Part shown: piece by piece, positions 1-9,405 of the stretch
Layout: the number at the start of each line of letters is the position of its first letter
Position numbering within the stretch: position 1 is the stretch's first letter
Source of the DNA: a virus
Taxonomy: Duplodnaviria; Caudoviricetes
DNA length: 57,437 bases
IMG/VR virus record: IMGVR_UViG_3300018481_000008
Span: 1-57,437 of that record
Reading direction: 5' to 3' (one strand)
Notes under the pieces: model-generated
What the model was told of the DNA's origin: nothing
Database searches by the model: none
The model's input: the letters and a program-made list of their open reading frames with translations, nothing else
Translations under genes and position numbers: made by a program

Positions 1-123
1 AAAGGGAGGGAAGTAGCACTTTCAGTGGGCGCTACTTCCCTCCAACTAAATATGGAAGGAGCCACATCAAACGTAGCGGCGGTAACTTCCAGAGGTAGAG
101 GACTAAGCTACGCATGATCCTCT
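1..123. repeat. Terminal direct repeat, copy 1 (circular assembly overlap)
   Basis: 1-123 is identical to 57315-57437. Confidence 0.95.
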
Positions 124-238
124 GCACTGCTCCTTACCGTCTAGTCCCTCGAAAGACTAAACTGGTAAGGCTCAATGGGTGAGCTATTGCTTACAGCCGG
201 TGGGTAAACGCGATGCCGCGACCGGCTTACTAATTTAG

Positions 239-355
239 ATAGTTGAAGAGACTACACTAGTTTCATTAACTCCCTTCCCCGTAGCCCAAGCCGGGAGTTA
301 ATGTATCCTCACCGGCTAGTGTAGTCTCTTGAACTATGTAAGGATGCATAGTTCA
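239..355 (+). ncRNA. Long-stem-closed structured element plus overlapping linker hairpin
   Basis: atagttgaagagactacactagt (239-261) pairs with gctagtgtagtctcttgaactat (315-337); inner stem cattaactccc/gggagttaatg; alternative hairpin tgaactatg-taaggatg-catagttca (330-355). Confidence 0.5.
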
Positions 356-382
356 GTAGGGAATCCTAGATAGGAGAGACAT

Positions 383-1489
383 ATGGTGAGGAAGATCATT
401 CTCACACTAGTCTCGGTCGGCATTGTAGGTACATTTGCCGTTACCGCGACTAGCGCACCAACAGCAACACAGGATCAGGGGCGTAGGCTTGCTGGTCCTT
501 TCTGTATTGGTAAGAAGTTTCTTCGTCCTCTAACAAGGTCAGAAGAGAACCGCATTAAACAGGCTGAGAACATGAATGATGTTCGTCTTGGTCTTGCGGT
601 ACTTCGTGCAGGTGCAGTAAGGTCTGTTGCTAAGGGTGATAAGTGTCGTCCTTGGGAGAACCTTAAGCCAGGTGTAGCTGTTGCAGGTACACCCGGTCCT
701 AGGGGTCTTAAGGGTGAAGCAGGAGCAAGAGGTCCAGCCGGTGCTAATGGTGCCCAGGGTGCTAAGGGTGATACTGGTAGCGCAGGTGCAGTAGGAGCTA
801 CCGGAGCTACTGGCGCTACGGGTGCAACTGGTTCAACTGGAGCTACTGGCGCTACGGGTGCTAAGGGTGATACCGGAGCTACAGGTGCCCAGGGTGAGCA
901 GGGTCTTATGGGACTTACTGGCGCTCAGGGTATTCAGGGTGAACAGGGTGAACAGGGAATCCAGGGCATGATTGGTGCTACTGGTCCTATGGGTCCACAG
1001 GGGCTACAGGGTGTTCAGGGACTTATTGGTCCTCCCGGTGCTGATGGTGCTAAGGGTGAGACTGGTGCTACCGGCGCTCAGGGTCCAATTGGACCTGTTG
1101 GACCTGTTGGCCCAAAGGGCGATGATGGTGATGTTGGCCCTGCTGGTCCAAAGGGTGATACTGGTGATACCGGGCCTATTGGTCCTACAGGAGCTACGGG
1201 TGCTATTGGTCCTGCTGGTCCTACTGGTCCCGCTGGTCCAAAAGGTGATACCGGAGATATCGGTTCACTAGAGACTGTTATTGGTGGTACTGCTAGTGGA
1301 GATAAGCAGTTCACCGTTACGTGTCCTGCTGGTAAGCAGGCTATCTCTGGTGGGTTCGATATTCAGGGTAGTGTAACTGCTTCGTTTAGAAGTGATGCTA
1401 CTGGTGATCCAACTGGTACTAACGCTTGGACTATTATTCAGAGTTCAGGTGCCGATCTATCAGGCGTGGTATACGTCTACTGCGCGTAG
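383..1489 (+). CDS. Secreted collagen-like protein
   Basis: Signal-peptide-like N-terminus (MVRK, hydrophobic core, ATSA); long run of Gly-X-Y triplets; C-terminal beta domain with CPAGK...SGGF...YVYCA; RBS aggaga. Confidence 0.9.
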   Translation: MVRKIILTLVSVGIVGTFAVTATSAPTATQDQGRRLAGPFCIGKKFLRPLTRSEENRIKQAENMNDVRLGLAVLRAGAVRSVAKGDKCRPWENLKPGVAVAGTPGPRGLKGEAGARGPAGANGAQGAKGDTGSAGAVGATGATGATGATGSTGATGATGAKGDTGATGAQGEQGLMGLTGAQGIQGEQGEQGIQGMIGATGPMGPQGLQGVQGLIGPPGADGAKGETGATGAQGPIGPVGPVGPKGDDGDVGPAGPKGDTGDTGPIGPTGATGAIGPAGPTGPAGPKGDTGDIGSLETVIGGTASGDKQFTVTCPAGKQAISGGFDIQGSVTASFRSDATGDPTGTNAWTIIQSSGADLSGVVYVYCA

Positions 1490-1531
1490 CTAAATGAGAT
1501 AGGGGGTAAAAGCCCTATCTCGTTGAGCTAC
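1486..1531 (+). other. Long hairpin (processing site or terminator)
   Basis: gtagctaaatgagataggg pairs with ccctatctcgttgagctac, one mismatch and one U-G pair. Confidence 0.55.
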
Positions 1532-1553
1532 GTAACTACTAACAAGGACTACC

Positions 1554-1925
1554 ATGTTCGTAATCATTCTAGCAACACTACAACTAGGTGTTGATGTACG
1601 TTGTTATCAGAACAATGTAGAATGGGAAGCACAGAAAGCACTAGTGAATACTTATCCTACTGCTGTGGCGTATTTCAATCCCTATGAGGAAAAGCCACAT
1701 ATTGCAATTGGCCCAAAATACTGTAAAGCAATCAAGCGCCCTACGCTAATGGGCGCTTTTGTTTTAGGGCATGAATTGGCACACTACTATCAATGGCTTA
1801 ATCAAACACCCTTTGACGAAAAAGAGGCAGACGATATGGGCCGGCGATGGTCGCTAGGTTTGCTGCATAAATTGGAAAAGCTATTTAAGCGCAAATCACC
1901 CGCTCTCATCACGTTAGAGCCTTGA
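1554..1925 (+). CDS. Putative HExxH zinc metallopeptidase
   Basis: VLGHELAHYYQ followed by E..AD; hydrophobic N-terminus. Confidence 0.6.
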   Translation: MFVIILATLQLGVDVRCYQNNVEWEAQKALVNTYPTAVAYFNPYEEKPHIAIGPKYCKAIKRPTLMGAFVLGHELAHYYQWLNQTPFDEKEADDMGRRWSLGLLHKLEKLFKRKSPALITLEP

Positions 1926-1950
1926 CTTAAGGTTAAATTTCTGCTACCGT
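1922..1950 (+). promoter_or_regulatory. sigma70/sigmaA-type promoter
   Basis: TTGACT-17 bp-TACCGT with TGn extended -10. Confidence 0.5.
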
Positions 1951-2132
1951 GAATTGTGCGGGTTTCCAGACCTGCGCGCTCGTCGAAAGGGGCATTGAAG
2001 GAAGTTAGTACGGCTTCTTGTAAATGCTCCTTTCGGCTTTAAATTGGCAGAGTACCCCACTCGGCCAAAGGGGAGGGTTAGTCCAGACACAGCTAACCCT
2101 CCCCGTCTTTGTAAACTACGAAAGGAACTGGT

Positions 2133-2642
2133 TTGAGATTTGCCTTGGCACTAAGCATAGCAGCGATGTTAGGGCTGCTTGCGGCAAACACGGCACAATC
2201 ACATCTAGTTACGAAGTCGAATGCAAAACACGATACCGCAGAAAATATACTCGCTAAACAGACCAAGAACCTCGCACACGTTAGCTATGTGTGTCGAAGA
2301 GGCAAAGGTACTACTCGACGGTGGCATTGTTTGGCACGTCGGTGGCTCATACGAGAACGCAAGGAGTCACTACAGCGAGTTAATCCGTACCATTCCGCAG
2401 GATATTGGGCTAACGTACAGATACTATACGCCACTAAACTTGCGAGGGATTCAAGAGCCGACCCTTGGCCCAATTGTCCCGATCCTGGTCCTAGAGACAA
2501 CCAAGGAGCAGGACATAGCTGGCACGACACTGTAGCTTGTGAAAACGGTGGCAACTGGCTAGATAGTCCAGGGTACTATAGATGTGGTCTACAATTCGAC
2601 CCAGGATGGGAAACACACTATGGAGTTAGGTTCTGTCCATGA
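2133..2642 (+). CDS. Secreted protein with C-terminal Rpf-like transglycosylase motif
   Basis: Signal peptide; WHDTVACENGGNWLDSPGYYRCGLQFDPGW resembles the Rpf core WDxxAxCESGGNWxxxxxNGYxGGLQFxxxTW. Confidence 0.7.
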   Translation: MRFALALSIAAMLGLLAANTAQSHLVTKSNAKHDTAENILAKQTKNLAHVSYVCRRGKGTTRRWHCLARRWLIRERKESLQRVNPYHSAGYWANVQILYATKLARDSRADPWPNCPDPGPRDNQGAGHSWHDTVACENGGNWLDSPGYYRCGLQFDPGWETHYGVRFCP

Positions 2643-2833
2643 TTGAAGATACGTGTGAATGTGGCTTAGGTGGTAATGGTTTCCATCAGTCATATTGTTC
2701 TATGGGAGCTTCACTAGAAAAGGTATCAGAGTCAACCAAGCGTGATCCCGAACGTTGGATTGAAAGCTATACAGACCGTAGTACTGAAAAAGTACGTGCC
2801 GGTGTACTAGCCTACTCCAACGGACATAGGTAA
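2639..2833 (+). CDS. Hypothetical protein
   Basis: ATGA overlap with the upstream gene; CxC...H..YC. Confidence 0.55.
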   Translation: MIEDTCECGLGGNGFHQSYCSMGASLEKVSESTKRDPERWIESYTDRSTEKVRAGVLAYSNGHR

Positions 2834-3304
2834 ATGAGCGTAGGGCACCAACTTGAAGAAGAGATTGACTTTTGCCCCTCATGTGGTGAGAACGCAAGGT
2901 TAGTTGAATCAACAGGTTGGTGCCCTACATGTACTTTAGCAACAGAACCCAATCTCAGGCTTTGTTCATGTGGGCAGTTCTTTAGTCGAAAGGCCCACAG
3001 GAGCAAATGTTGGGATTGTAGAAGGGAGGAATGGTTAAGGAAACATGCAGATGAAATCGAGTCTTATCTGATTGTAGGGTTAACAGTCACCGCTGCAATC
3101 AAAGCAGTTAAGCGTGATATTCGTCCTACGTGCCACCGATGCAGGGAACCTATTAAAGGTGGTAAGCAGGGTGATCGCTTTTGCAGAAGAAATGACGAGT
3201 GCGAAAAATCATCAGATAACTATAGCGCACTACGTAAATCCGGGCTAGGACCGGACGTTGCTCTCGCCATTGCAATTGGCAGAGTAGCTGTTTTACACCC
3301 CTAG
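2834..3304 (+). CDS. Multi-zinc-finger protein
   Basis: CPSC, CPTC, CSCG, CWDC, CHRC motifs. Confidence 0.65.
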   Translation: MSVGHQLEEEIDFCPSCGENARLVESTGWCPTCTLATEPNLRLCSCGQFFSRKAHRSKCWDCRREEWLRKHADEIESYLIVGLTVTAAIKAVKRDIRPTCHRCREPIKGGKQGDRFCRRNDECEKSSDNYSALRKSGLGPDVALAIAIGRVAVLHP

Positions 3305-3326
3305 CAATTACAACTGAAAGGAAGTC

Positions 3327-5135
3327 ATGGAAGGCTTCTTTATTCCTGTTAAGGAAGAGGGTTACAACTCTACCGATTGGCAGGAAGAGGATCTAGCCAC
3401 ACATCTGGCTAAAGAGTTTGACGCCGTTGGTGGACATTATGCTGACTGGTCAGAAATGGGTTGCTACAAGACGACTAGCGGTATCTGGCTTGCAGAGCGC
3501 GTAATTGAAAAGCTTGGAGAGATTAACTTCACTCCGCGACTCTTGATCGTTACGTCACGTAACGGTAAGGGTACGTACTACGATGCTATTCCAAAGACCC
3601 TGGCTTTGAAGGGCTGGAAGTTCTTTGACATTAACGTGAATGGCGTCACTGAACGGTTGAATGATCTAATCATCAACAAATGGGAAATTTCGGACTGGTG
3701 TGATTACATTCAGGAAGAAAAGACTCCCCACGTAGTTCTTGCTCACTACCATTGCTTCACTAACAAGTCTCCGGTGCGTCAGTGGCTTTCTCGAATTAAC
3801 TACACGTTCTGCATCGTAGATGAGGCCCACAGGATCAAGAACAAGGATGGTCAGTGGACTCGACATATGAAGCGTTTGAACATTGTAGCGGGTAAGCACG
3901 TTATGACGGGTACTGGATTCGTTAACAGTCCTGATGAGATTTGGTCATTGCTTAACTTCCTAGATCCTAAGAAGTACGCAAGCTACGGAGCGTTCCGTCG
4001 GTACTTCTGCGATATTGTGGATATGGGCGGCTATACGCAGGTTACGGGAGTTAAGCGTGAAACCCGCGATGAATTCCGCGAGCTAGTTAGAAGCATCGGC
4101 CCACGTAGAGAAATGAGAGAGGTTCACAAGAACATCAAAGAACCAATCTTCTCCAATCGTGAGGTTGATCTTAACGCGATTCAGCGTTCAATGTACGAGC
4201 AGCTAAGAGCAGAGTTGTACATGTTGGATCAGAAGGGTGCGACTATTGCATCCCCCAACGTTCTTAGTCTGCTCAATCGTTTGAGGCAGATCAGTATTGC
4301 CACACCTGAGCTACAGTATGACTACTTCGACGATAACAAGCAGCGTCGTGTAGTTGGTGTTAAACTGGTTGAGCCTTCTTCCAAGCTAGACGAGCTAGAG
4401 GATCTACTGGATGAATTGCGATGGGACGATGAAGTTAAGCAGAAGGTTGTTGTCTTTAGTCAATTCAAAGATCCGCTTTTTCTCTTGGAAGCAAGATTGA
4501 AGGCAAGAAACGTTCCCTACCTCCACATGGAGGCTAAGCACAACGATGAGGAACGTTACAAGATGTGGCACGATGAGTGGGTGACTGACAAGCATCAGGT
4601 CTTTATGTCCACTCTTGATCTAGGCGGTGAGAGTATTAACTTGACGCCTGGACAGTATTGCGTATTTCTCGATAGGTCTTGGAGTCCTCGCGCTAATAAT
4701 CAGGCAATCGGTAGAGTGTACCGTCCTGGGCAGACTGAGGCAGCTGAGATTATCTACATCAATGCACGCAATACGACTGACCAGCGGCTCATCGCTACAG
4801 ATGCACGTAAGACAGGTTGGTTCCGTGAAATCTTCGGTGACGTAGATATGGAATCCGTTAGTCCTGTGGACGTTTTTAAGAATGCTCCGGTCTTTCACAC
4901 TACCGGACTTGCTCCACTCATTACGGCAAGACACTACAAGTACGAAGGCACCAATGTAGTTAAGTGTGGTGCTTGCTGGATGATGGACATTGTTAAGACT
5001 AATGCAGGGGATTACGTTGGCAATGAAGCCGTCAAACAGGAGAACCTAGAGCTACTCGACGACCATGAGCCGTGGCAATGCGATGAGTGCCTTACTCAGA
5101 ATGCAGCCTACGAACTTCTGGGAGAGGAAGCGTGA
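3327..5135 (+). CDS. SNF2-family (SF2) helicase
   Basis: SEMGCYKT (motif I), IVDEAH, MTGT, VVVFSQF, GESINL, QAIGRVYRPGQ; C-terminal CxxC...CxxC. Confidence 0.9.
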   Translation: MEGFFIPVKEEGYNSTDWQEEDLATHLAKEFDAVGGHYADWSEMGCYKTTSGIWLAERVIEKLGEINFTPRLLIVTSRNGKGTYYDAIPKTLALKGWKFFDINVNGVTERLNDLIINKWEISDWCDYIQEEKTPHVVLAHYHCFTNKSPVRQWLSRINYTFCIVDEAHRIKNKDGQWTRHMKRLNIVAGKHVMTGTGFVNSPDEIWSLLNFLDPKKYASYGAFRRYFCDIVDMGGYTQVTGVKRETRDEFRELVRSIGPRREMREVHKNIKEPIFSNREVDLNAIQRSMYEQLRAELYMLDQKGATIASPNVLSLLNRLRQISIATPELQYDYFDDNKQRRVVGVKLVEPSSKLDELEDLLDELRWDDEVKQKVVVFSQFKDPLFLLEARLKARNVPYLHMEAKHNDEERYKMWHDEWVTDKHQVFMSTLDLGGESINLTPGQYCVFLDRSWSPRANNQAIGRVYRPGQTEAAEIIYINARNTTDQRLIATDARKTGWFREIFGDVDMESVSPVDVFKNAPVFHTTGLAPLITARHYKYEGTNVVKCGACWMMDIVKTNAGDYVGNEAVKQENLELLDDHEPWQCDECLTQNAAYELLGEEA

Positions 5136-5587
5136 GTAGGGAACTAACAAGGGTTCGTAGAGAACTACAACAACTGCAATCAGTGAGTGACTTGCTACTG
5201 AATCACATCAGTAAGCTAAGGGAGTACGAAGCTATCCTACTAGAGGAATCTAATGGCTATCGACGAACAGTGAGTAACGAATGGGTACTCCGTTCGGAAG
5301 TTGAAAGCCGCGTTCGTATCTACATGGATCTTCATATGCGGCAGTACGGTAATGAAGGACGTACTAAGCTAATTGAAGCTGCGAAGATTTCTACTCCTAC
5401 GTTGCAGAACATTCTCCAAGAATCTCCACAAGGAGAAAAGCAGAGACTAGTACGGTTAGATACAGCGTACCGTTTGTTTGATGCTATGAACATGCAGCAC
5501 GCTATTCACGAAATCGACGTTCTAACAGGTAGGCCCGGTCACGTCCAAATCCCCGAACCGCCACCTACGCAGTTTTTTGAGGAATAA
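5132..5587 (+). CDS. Hypothetical protein, possible HTH DNA-binding
   Basis: GTG start at 5132 overlapping the helicase stop; coiled-coil N-terminus; LIEAAKISTPTLQNIL is HTH-like. Confidence 0.5.
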   Translation: MSRELTRVRRELQQLQSVSDLLLNHISKLREYEAILLEESNGYRRTVSNEWVLRSEVESRVRIYMDLHMRQYGNEGRTKLIEAAKISTPTLQNILQESPQGEKQRLVRLDTAYRLFDAMNMQHAIHEIDVLTGRPGHVQIPEPPPTQFFEE

Positions 5588-5598
5588 CACGTAGGGGG

Positions 5599-5627
5599 TT
5601 GACACAGGCGCGGATACCTGCTAGTGT
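5599..5627 (+). promoter_or_regulatory. sigma70/sigmaA-type promoter
   Basis: TTGACA-17 bp-TAGTGT with TGn, intergenic. Confidence 0.65.
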
Positions 5628-5682
5628 CCGTCGTTCCACGTACTCCTGCCGTTAGCTACGGCTTAGCGCAGGAAGGAGCCAT

Positions 5683-5811
5683 ATGAGCAATAAGAAGGAA
5701 GTAGTGGCAACGGCCAAGTGCGCCTGTTTCCATTGTTCTGCCCAAGTTGCGGCAGATGAGTGGACAGCGCCGTATTGTCCACAATGTTATGCTAGTCCCA
5801 GGTGCAAGTGA
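5683..5811 (+). CDS. Small zinc-finger protein (42 aa, not in ORF track)
   Basis: RBS aaggag; MSNKKEVVATAKCACFHC...YCPQC; TGATG coupling to the next gene. Confidence 0.55.
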   Translation: MSNKKEVVATAKCACFHCSAQVAADEWTAPYCPQCYASPRCK

Positions 5812-7037
5812 TGAGCAAAACCCCGGTAATGCCGGAGAGGGACATTCCCTCTAAATGGGACATTATGCCGGTTCACGCAAGCGACGTGGCTGCATTCAAA
5901 CGTTGCCGACGCTATTGGGATTGGTCAAGTCCTACACGTACCAACCTTAGACGCCGTACAGACATTCACGGCATCTACTTCCCTTTGTGGTTTGGTAGTG
6001 GAGCGCACTACGCACTACAATGTATGTACGATCCCGTTCTTCCACGCGACCCTGTGGAGGCTTTTATCACATGGTACGAGTATCAGTGGAACGGTGGTAT
6101 CGTTACGGAAGATTGGCTAGAGCATCTTCTAGACAATGAGCCTAGAGACTTGGGTGATGGAACCTTTAAGGTTAGAGGTTTGATTGAGCTACTGCCTGAT
6201 CCGATGCGTGAGAAGGAAGAGTTTGAGTACCATCGTGATCTAGGTATTGGCATGATGGAGTTCTACAAAGAGTACGCAGAGAAGAACGACGACTTTGTAG
6301 TAGTAGCTGCTGAGACTATGTTCTCAGTTCCTCTTGGCTTTGAGGTTATTGACAAGCGTGAAGATAGCCCCAACTACGGCAATAAGATTGAAGTCCACGC
6401 TAGAGGTAAGCGTGATGCCATTCTCTATAACCCTGATACTGAACGTTATGGGTTCATGGATCACAAGACCGCTGGTGAGATTGGTGACAGCTACTTCACG
6501 AAGCTAGAGCTTGACGAACAGGTACTCACATACTTTTGGGCTACGGAGTTTGAGGCAGAAGTGTACGATATGCCTTACAAGCGCATTGATCGTGTCATCT
6601 ACAATGTGCTGCGTAAGGCTTACCCCAAACCCCCCACAGTATTGAAGGATGGTTTTAGCCCTAGCATCAATCGTAAAGAGGAAATGACTACGGCTGCGTT
6701 GTTTGCCAAGCACATCAAAGACTATGGGATCGAAGTGCTGTACGAAAATGATGTTAAGTGGCAAGCATACTACAACTGGCTTAACGAGTTGGGTGACAGT
6801 AACTTCATTCAGCGTAAATCATTCCGATACAACCAGCATCAGGTTAACAACAGCCGAATGCATTATACGATGGTTGCTAAGGAAATGCTGTCTGAGGATT
6901 TGCAGATTTATCCGACTCCATCCGGTAACTGGCTTTGCACCAACTGTCAGTTTAGAGCGCCATGTATTGCTGTTGACGATGGAAGTGATTGGCTCTATAT
7001 GCTAAGTGACGGATATGAGGAGAATCGTGGCCGCTGA
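5811..7037 (+). CDS. Cas4/RecB-like PD-(D/E)XK exonuclease
   Basis: N-terminal FKRCRR; E...RGKRDAI...MDHKT; Q...Y; C-terminal CTNCQFRAPC (Fe-S type Cys pattern). Confidence 0.85.
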   Translation: MSKTPVMPERDIPSKWDIMPVHASDVAAFKRCRRYWDWSSPTRTNLRRRTDIHGIYFPLWFGSGAHYALQCMYDPVLPRDPVEAFITWYEYQWNGGIVTEDWLEHLLDNEPRDLGDGTFKVRGLIELLPDPMREKEEFEYHRDLGIGMMEFYKEYAEKNDDFVVVAAETMFSVPLGFEVIDKREDSPNYGNKIEVHARGKRDAILYNPDTERYGFMDHKTAGEIGDSYFTKLELDEQVLTYFWATEFEAEVYDMPYKRIDRVIYNVLRKAYPKPPTVLKDGFSPSINRKEEMTTAALFAKHIKDYGIEVLYENDVKWQAYYNWLNELGDSNFIQRKSFRYNQHQVNNSRMHYTMVAKEMLSEDLQIYPTPSGNWLCTNCQFRAPCIAVDDGSDWLYMLSDGYEENRGR

Positions 7038-7569
7038 GCCTGTACTGCATCAAATTCTAGTTAAGTCGAAGTCAGGAGTTTTTGAGACTCAGCGTAGGCT
7101 ACTTCACAATGGCATCCTAGATTGTGAAATCGTATGGAGTAAGGGACTATGGCCACATAGAGTTAAATTCTTAGCTCCTGCTGACTTTGACGTTGACTTC
7201 CTACGTCCCGACATTCTACCTCCAAAGGATTACGTTGGATAGCGTAACAGCACAGATCATCATGGACGGCTTTGCTGCTATCGAGAAAGCTATGGTGACA
7301 TTAAAGAATGAGGTACGGAGTATCGGTGTTGGGCATCATACTTGTCTCGCTGAGACTGACAAGGCATTTGAAGGTCTACGCTCTTACATGCATGATGGAC
7401 CGGAGCTAGATGATGCCGACGCATGAGCTACTATGCGGGCATTGGACGTTCTACGGGCCTGAGCTTAACTTGACAGCTAGATGTGATCTAGAACAAGATC
7501 ACGATGGTATGCACACATATTGGATTACGCCCAGCGATACGTTCTCATGGTCTACTGTATCGGAGAAGC

Positions 7570-7821
7570 ATGAGCGACCTCTTTCGGCCAGTTGAGGGAA
7601 TTGAACTTGACTCACTTGGAACAGTTATCTCAGAAGGATCTAGTGGTTATCCGGCACCGGAACAATTTGGGCCGCTTAGATGGGTTGATTCAACATTGCG
7701 TTGTGCGTCAAGAGGTTGTAGTAGTCCCACGCATTGTAAGCTTAAGGGCATACCCTACTGCTTCTCACATTGTCTACGTGAAATGAATCAGATGCTACTA
7801 GACCTAGGGATTGAGAAGTGA
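7570..7821 (+). CDS. Hypothetical Cys-rich protein
   Basis: CASRGC...C...YCFSHC; probable ATG at 7570. Confidence 0.45.
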   Translation: MSDLFRPVEGIELDSLGTVISEGSSGYPAPEQFGPLRWVDSTLRCASRGCSSPTHCKLKGIPYCFSHCLREMNQMLLDLGIEK

Positions 7822-8006
7822 CTGATCCGCTAACTAATATCGAAGATCACAAAGCGCAACTAGACATTGGAGTGTTCGGAGCGCGCATCTTTCAGGGTGC
7901 TAAGAGCGAAGGTGCCCACGACTACCAAGCTTTCCTCATTGTCTGCGGATTCTACGTAGGCATGTTCCATCCTAAACCACCGATAGAAGAGGAAGGGGGT
8001 GAATAG
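7818..8006 (+). CDS. Hypothetical protein
   Basis: GTGA overlap with the upstream gene; in operon. Confidence 0.5.
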   Translation: MTDPLTNIEDHKAQLDIGVFGARIFQGAKSEGAHDYQAFLIVCGFYVGMFHPKPPIEEEGGE

Positions 8007-8009
8007 CTA

Positions 8010-8774
8010 ATAGCCGGACTAACAGTAGAGGAACTCCGTGAGAAGCTTGGAGTTAAAGCACCTGATGAATCTATTAGGTGGATTAACATTATGCCTTACG
8101 GAGAGCCGGGTGTAGGTAAGACTGAGCTAGCTGGTACTGCGCTAGATCATAAAGCCCTACGCCCTGTCTTGTATCTTGACATTGATGGTGGTGTCAAGAC
8201 TCTTCGCAAACGAACCGATCTAGATGTTCGTCAGGTACGTTCAATGAACGAGGCTAGAGAAATCTACAATGAATGTTACAAAGCTGTAGATTGGGAGAGC
8301 AAGAATCCAGAGCTACCATTTAAGACGGTAGTATTCGATACGCTCTCTGAGCTAGCCAAGCTAGATATGCGTGAGATTGCGAGAGCAGCTAACAAAGCCA
8401 ATCCGAATCAGAATGAATATGTACCCTCGCCAAGAGAGTACCTAATCAGTGGTGAACGAGTAAGAGAGATTGTACGTTCGTTTCGTGACCTACCCTGTAA
8501 CGTGGTATTCAACTGCCACAGTGGGGATGGTAGGGATAACAGTAACGCCACAATCTTCTTTCCTCAGTTTACTGGCAAGCTGCGACACGAAATCGCAGGA
8601 TTCATTGACATTGTTGGCTACATGACGTCAGCACAGAAGGAGGGTGAATTCGTCAATTTCATGCAGACGATGAAAACCAAGAACGTAGCAGCAAAGGATC
8701 GTAGTAAGGCACTACCCAAGCTCATCGAAATGCCAACACTACCGATGATTTGGGACTTGATCCATGAGTCATAG
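8010..8774 (+). CDS. AAA_24/Sak4-like ATPase (recombinase); probable ATA start at 8010
   Basis: YGEPGVGKT Walker A, LYLDIDGG, VVFDTLSEL; lies between exonuclease and SSB. Confidence 0.8.
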   Translation: MAGLTVEELREKLGVKAPDESIRWINIMPYGEPGVGKTELAGTALDHKALRPVLYLDIDGGVKTLRKRTDLDVRQVRSMNEAREIYNECYKAVDWESKNPELPFKTVVFDTLSELAKLDMREIARAANKANPNQNEYVPSPREYLISGERVREIVRSFRDLPCNVVFNCHSGDGRDNSNATIFFPQFTGKLRHEIAGFIDIVGYMTSAQKEGEFVNFMQTMKTKNVAAKDRSKALPKLIEMPTLPMIWDLIHES

Positions 8775-8822
8775 TAAGCGAGTAGCGTGTATACCACATC
8801 ACTCAGATAGAAGGAGAATGCT

Positions 8823-9335
8823 TTGAGCGGTACGGAACTTGAAGGCTTTGGTGGAGCACTAGACCTTACTGGTGCTAACACAAAGGGTATGGAGCCGATG
8901 GACAGTGGCACATACGCCTTTGAACTGTTCGATTACAATTGGACAGAGACTAAGGGTGGCGAGGGTTCTAAGCTCCCTGCTGGTAGTCCTAGGCTGAACA
9001 TTCAGCTTAAGTGCATTGATGAGCCGTATGAGAATCGTAGAGCGTTTGACGGGTTTAACTTCCCGCCTGCTGACTACGATAAGGAGAAGCGTGAACAGGC
9101 GCTAGGTTTCTTCGCTCGGTTCCTCATCGCTATGGGACTTCCAGAAGATGAGGTTAAGAGCAAGAAGTTCAATGCTAACGAAGCGTTGGATGCTCTTGTT
9201 GGTGAGCCTGTTCTCGCTACTGTTGGTCTTAAGCAGTACACCCAGGGCGCGAGTGAAGGTGACTGGTACAACCCGGTTAAGGGCTACAAGCCTATTTCCC
9301 AGCGTGATGATAGTGCTGGCGGTGGCTTGCTCTAA
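8823..9335 (+). CDS. DUF669-like ssDNA-binding protein
   Basis: EPMDSGTY, LNIQLKC, LDALVGEPV...YNPVKGY; follows Sak4-like gene. Confidence 0.7.
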   Translation: MSGTELEGFGGALDLTGANTKGMEPMDSGTYAFELFDYNWTETKGGEGSKLPAGSPRLNIQLKCIDEPYENRRAFDGFNFPPADYDKEKREQALGFFARFLIAMGLPEDEVKSKKFNANEALDALVGEPVLATVGLKQYTQGASEGDWYNPVKGYKPISQRDDSAGGGLL

Positions 9336-9349
9336 GTAGCAACCAATCG

Positions 9350-9388
9350 TGTGAAAGGGAGGGTACTGCGGTGCCCTCCCTTTTGCAC
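9350..9388 (+). terminator. Intrinsic terminator-like hairpin
   Basis: aaagggagggtac-tgcg-gtgccctccctttt. Confidence 0.65.
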
Positions 9389-9405
9389 ATCTAAGGGGCA
9401 TTAGT

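Noticed and set aside
1-123. Biological direct terminal repeat
   Set aside because: Falls within a co-directional transcription unit, far from TerS; more likely an assembly overlap
1955-2130. c-di-AMP (ydaO) riboswitch ahead of the Rpf-like gene
   Set aside because: Leader has hairpins but I could not find the ydaO consensus segments; needs cmscan
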